NCBI GenBank assembly: GCA_015069505.1
Contig: SVIL01000001.1
Coordinates: 12,320 to 76,319 of the forward strand
Direction of reading: 5' to 3'
Length of the DNA: 64,000 nt
Source: Clostridiales bacterium
GTDB lineage: Bacteria; Bacillota; Clostridia; Christensenellales; Borkfalkiaceae
In this document: piece after piece, positions 62,640-64,000 of the stretch
Layout of the letters: every line of letters starts with the position of its first letter
How positions within the stretch are numbered: position 1 is the stretch's first letter
Made by a program: the position numbers and the translations under genes
Notes under the pieces: model-generated
What the model was told of the DNA's origin: nothing
Databases searched by the model: none
The model's input: the letters and a program-made list of their open reading frames with translations, nothing else

Positions 62640-63002
62640 ATGAAGGATAACGAAAAGAAGGTTTGTGATTGCGGTCACGAAGATTGCGACTGTGGTTGTG
62701 AAGATATGGAAGGCGTTGTAGAACTTGTAACCGACGATGGGAAGAAGATGAAATTCTTTTTCGTAGGTAGCATTGACTATAAGGGCAAGACCTATTCTGC
62801 TTTTGAACCCGCTGAGGAAATCGACGGGCTTTCGGAAGACGATTTGGTTATATTTGAAGTTGCAGGTGGCGACGACGAAAGCGAAGAACTTTTGCCTATC
62901 GAAGACGACGCACTCTTGGACGAAGTTTTTGAAGAATTTTGCCGTATTCTTGACGAAGAAGAAATGGCTGACGAAGCAATGTCCTTAGAAAGCGACAACT
63001 AA
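62640..63002 (+). CDS. DUF1292 (YrzB-like) acidic protein with an N-terminal Cys/His patch
   Basis: The gene follows ruvX, as in the B. subtilis yrrK-yrzB pair. VELVTDDGKKMKFFFVGSIDYKGKTYSAF...LVIFEV is present. Confidence 0.75.
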   Translation: MKDNEKKVCDCGHEDCDCGCEDMEGVVELVTDDGKKMKFFFVGSIDYKGKTYSAFEPAEEIDGLSEDDLVIFEVAGGDDESEELLPIEDDALLDEVFEEFCRILDEEEMADEAMSLESDN

Positions 63003-63036
63003 TTTTAGCAATATAAACCTAAAAAATCAGATTTTG

Positions 63037-63066
63037 AAAACCACTCTTTTTCAAGGGTGGTTTTTA
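63037..63066 (+). terminator. Intrinsic terminator
   Basis: AAAACCACTC / GGGTGGTTTTT. Confidence 0.7.
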
Positions 63067-63253
63067 TTTTGTTTAAAATGTTTAAAAATATAGTGTTTTT
63101 ATTTGCTATTAACGGTTTTTTGTGGTAAAATACATAAGCAAAAATTCGCACCCGAAGGTCAGGGGCGTTCGTGTTTTCGAAAATTCAAATTTTTAATCGA
63201 AAATGTTGCCCTTAAAAAACAGCCTCGGGGAGGAAAAACGGAGGAATTTATTA

Positions 63254-64000
63254 TGGCAGTTATTACTATGAAGCAACTCCTTGAAACGGGAGTGCACTTT
63301 GGTCACCAAACCAAACGTTGGAACCCTAAGATGAAGAAGTACATCTACGGCGAAAGAAACGGTATTCACGTTATCGACCTTGAAAAGACGGTTGATTTAA
63401 TTGAAAACGATGCTTATCCTTTTGTCGTTGACGCTGTTAAGCAAGGCAAAAGCGTACTCTTCGTAGGTACCAAAAAACAAGCACAAGACGCAATCAAAGA
63501 AGAAGCTGAAAGGTGTGGTCAATACTACGTCAACGCAAGATGGCTTGGCGGTATGCTCACCAACTTCAAGACCATCAGAACTAGAATTGATAGGCTTAAC
63601 AAACTTAACAATATGGAAAAGATGGGCGAATTCGATTTGTTGCCTAAGAAAGAAGTTTCAAAACTCAAAGAAGAAAGAGACAAACTTGAAACCAACCTCG
63701 GCGGTATTAAAGAAATGCGTACTCTTCCGGGCGTAATGTTCATCGTTGACCCTGATCAAGAAGACATCGCAGTTAAGGAAGCAAAAGCACTTAACATCCC
63801 GATCGTTGCTATTACCGATACCAACTGTGACCCCGATCTTATCGACCACGTTATCCCCGGTAACGACGACGCTATCCGTGCAGTAAAACTTATCGCTTCT
63901 GTTATTGCAGACGCAGTTATCGAAGCAAACCAAGGCGAACAACTCGTTGCGGAAGCTACCGAAGAAGCACCCGCTTCTGAAGAAGTAGTTGCTGCGGCTG
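63254..64000 (+). CDS. rpsB: 30S ribosomal protein S2 (3' end beyond the window)
   Basis: It is not in the track because it is open at the window edge. GGAGGA precedes the ATG. My translation is [46 protein letters not shown]. Confidence 0.95.

Noticed and set aside
1-64000. I searched by eye for CRISPR arrays, tRNA/rRNA genes, transposases, integrases, reverse transcriptases and classic defence-system ATPases or nucleases.
   Set aside because: I found no regularly spaced repeat array, no cloverleaf-like or rRNA-like sequence in any intergenic gap, and no ORF with recombinase, transposase or RT motifs. The window reads as core chromosome.

Overview
This is a core chromosomal segment of a low-GC, Clostridia-like Firmicute. 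It is densely packed with about 70 protein genes and has strong AGGAGG-type ribosome-binding sites. Spo0A, SpoIVFA/SpoIVFB and Veg point to an endospore-former lineage. Recognisable blocks are rplM-rpsI, sbcDC, glnA, spo0A, veg, cca, rpsF-ssb-rpsR, thiT behind a TPP riboswitch, nth-obg-yhbY-nadD/yqeK-rsfS, ribU behind an FMN riboswitch, tsaE-tsaB-rimI, murF-ddl, icd, mntP, ung, apgM, spoIVFA-spoIVFB, rpmG-secE-nusG-rplKAJL, an Rrf2-iscS-iscU operon, ruvX-DUF1292, and the start of rpsB. I found no rRNA, tRNA, CRISPR array, transposase, integrase or recognisable defence island, and no obvious new multi-gene system. The observations most worth a second look are: (1) a Spo0A whose phospho-acceptor Asp is Glu; (2) a 530-bp intergenic region with two tandem mini transcription units that share an identical 33-nt terminator module; (3) a duplicated rpsI 3' end and terminator bracketing a structured insert; (4) a MurF-type ligase and a ThiT transporter that each carry a roughly 200-aa polytopic N-terminal membrane domain; (5) a large membrane-anchored protein with about 44-aa tandem repeats; (6) twin 23S L1-stalk mimics before rplK and rplA. 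All functional calls come from reading motifs by eye, with no database search, so family assignments are provisional.
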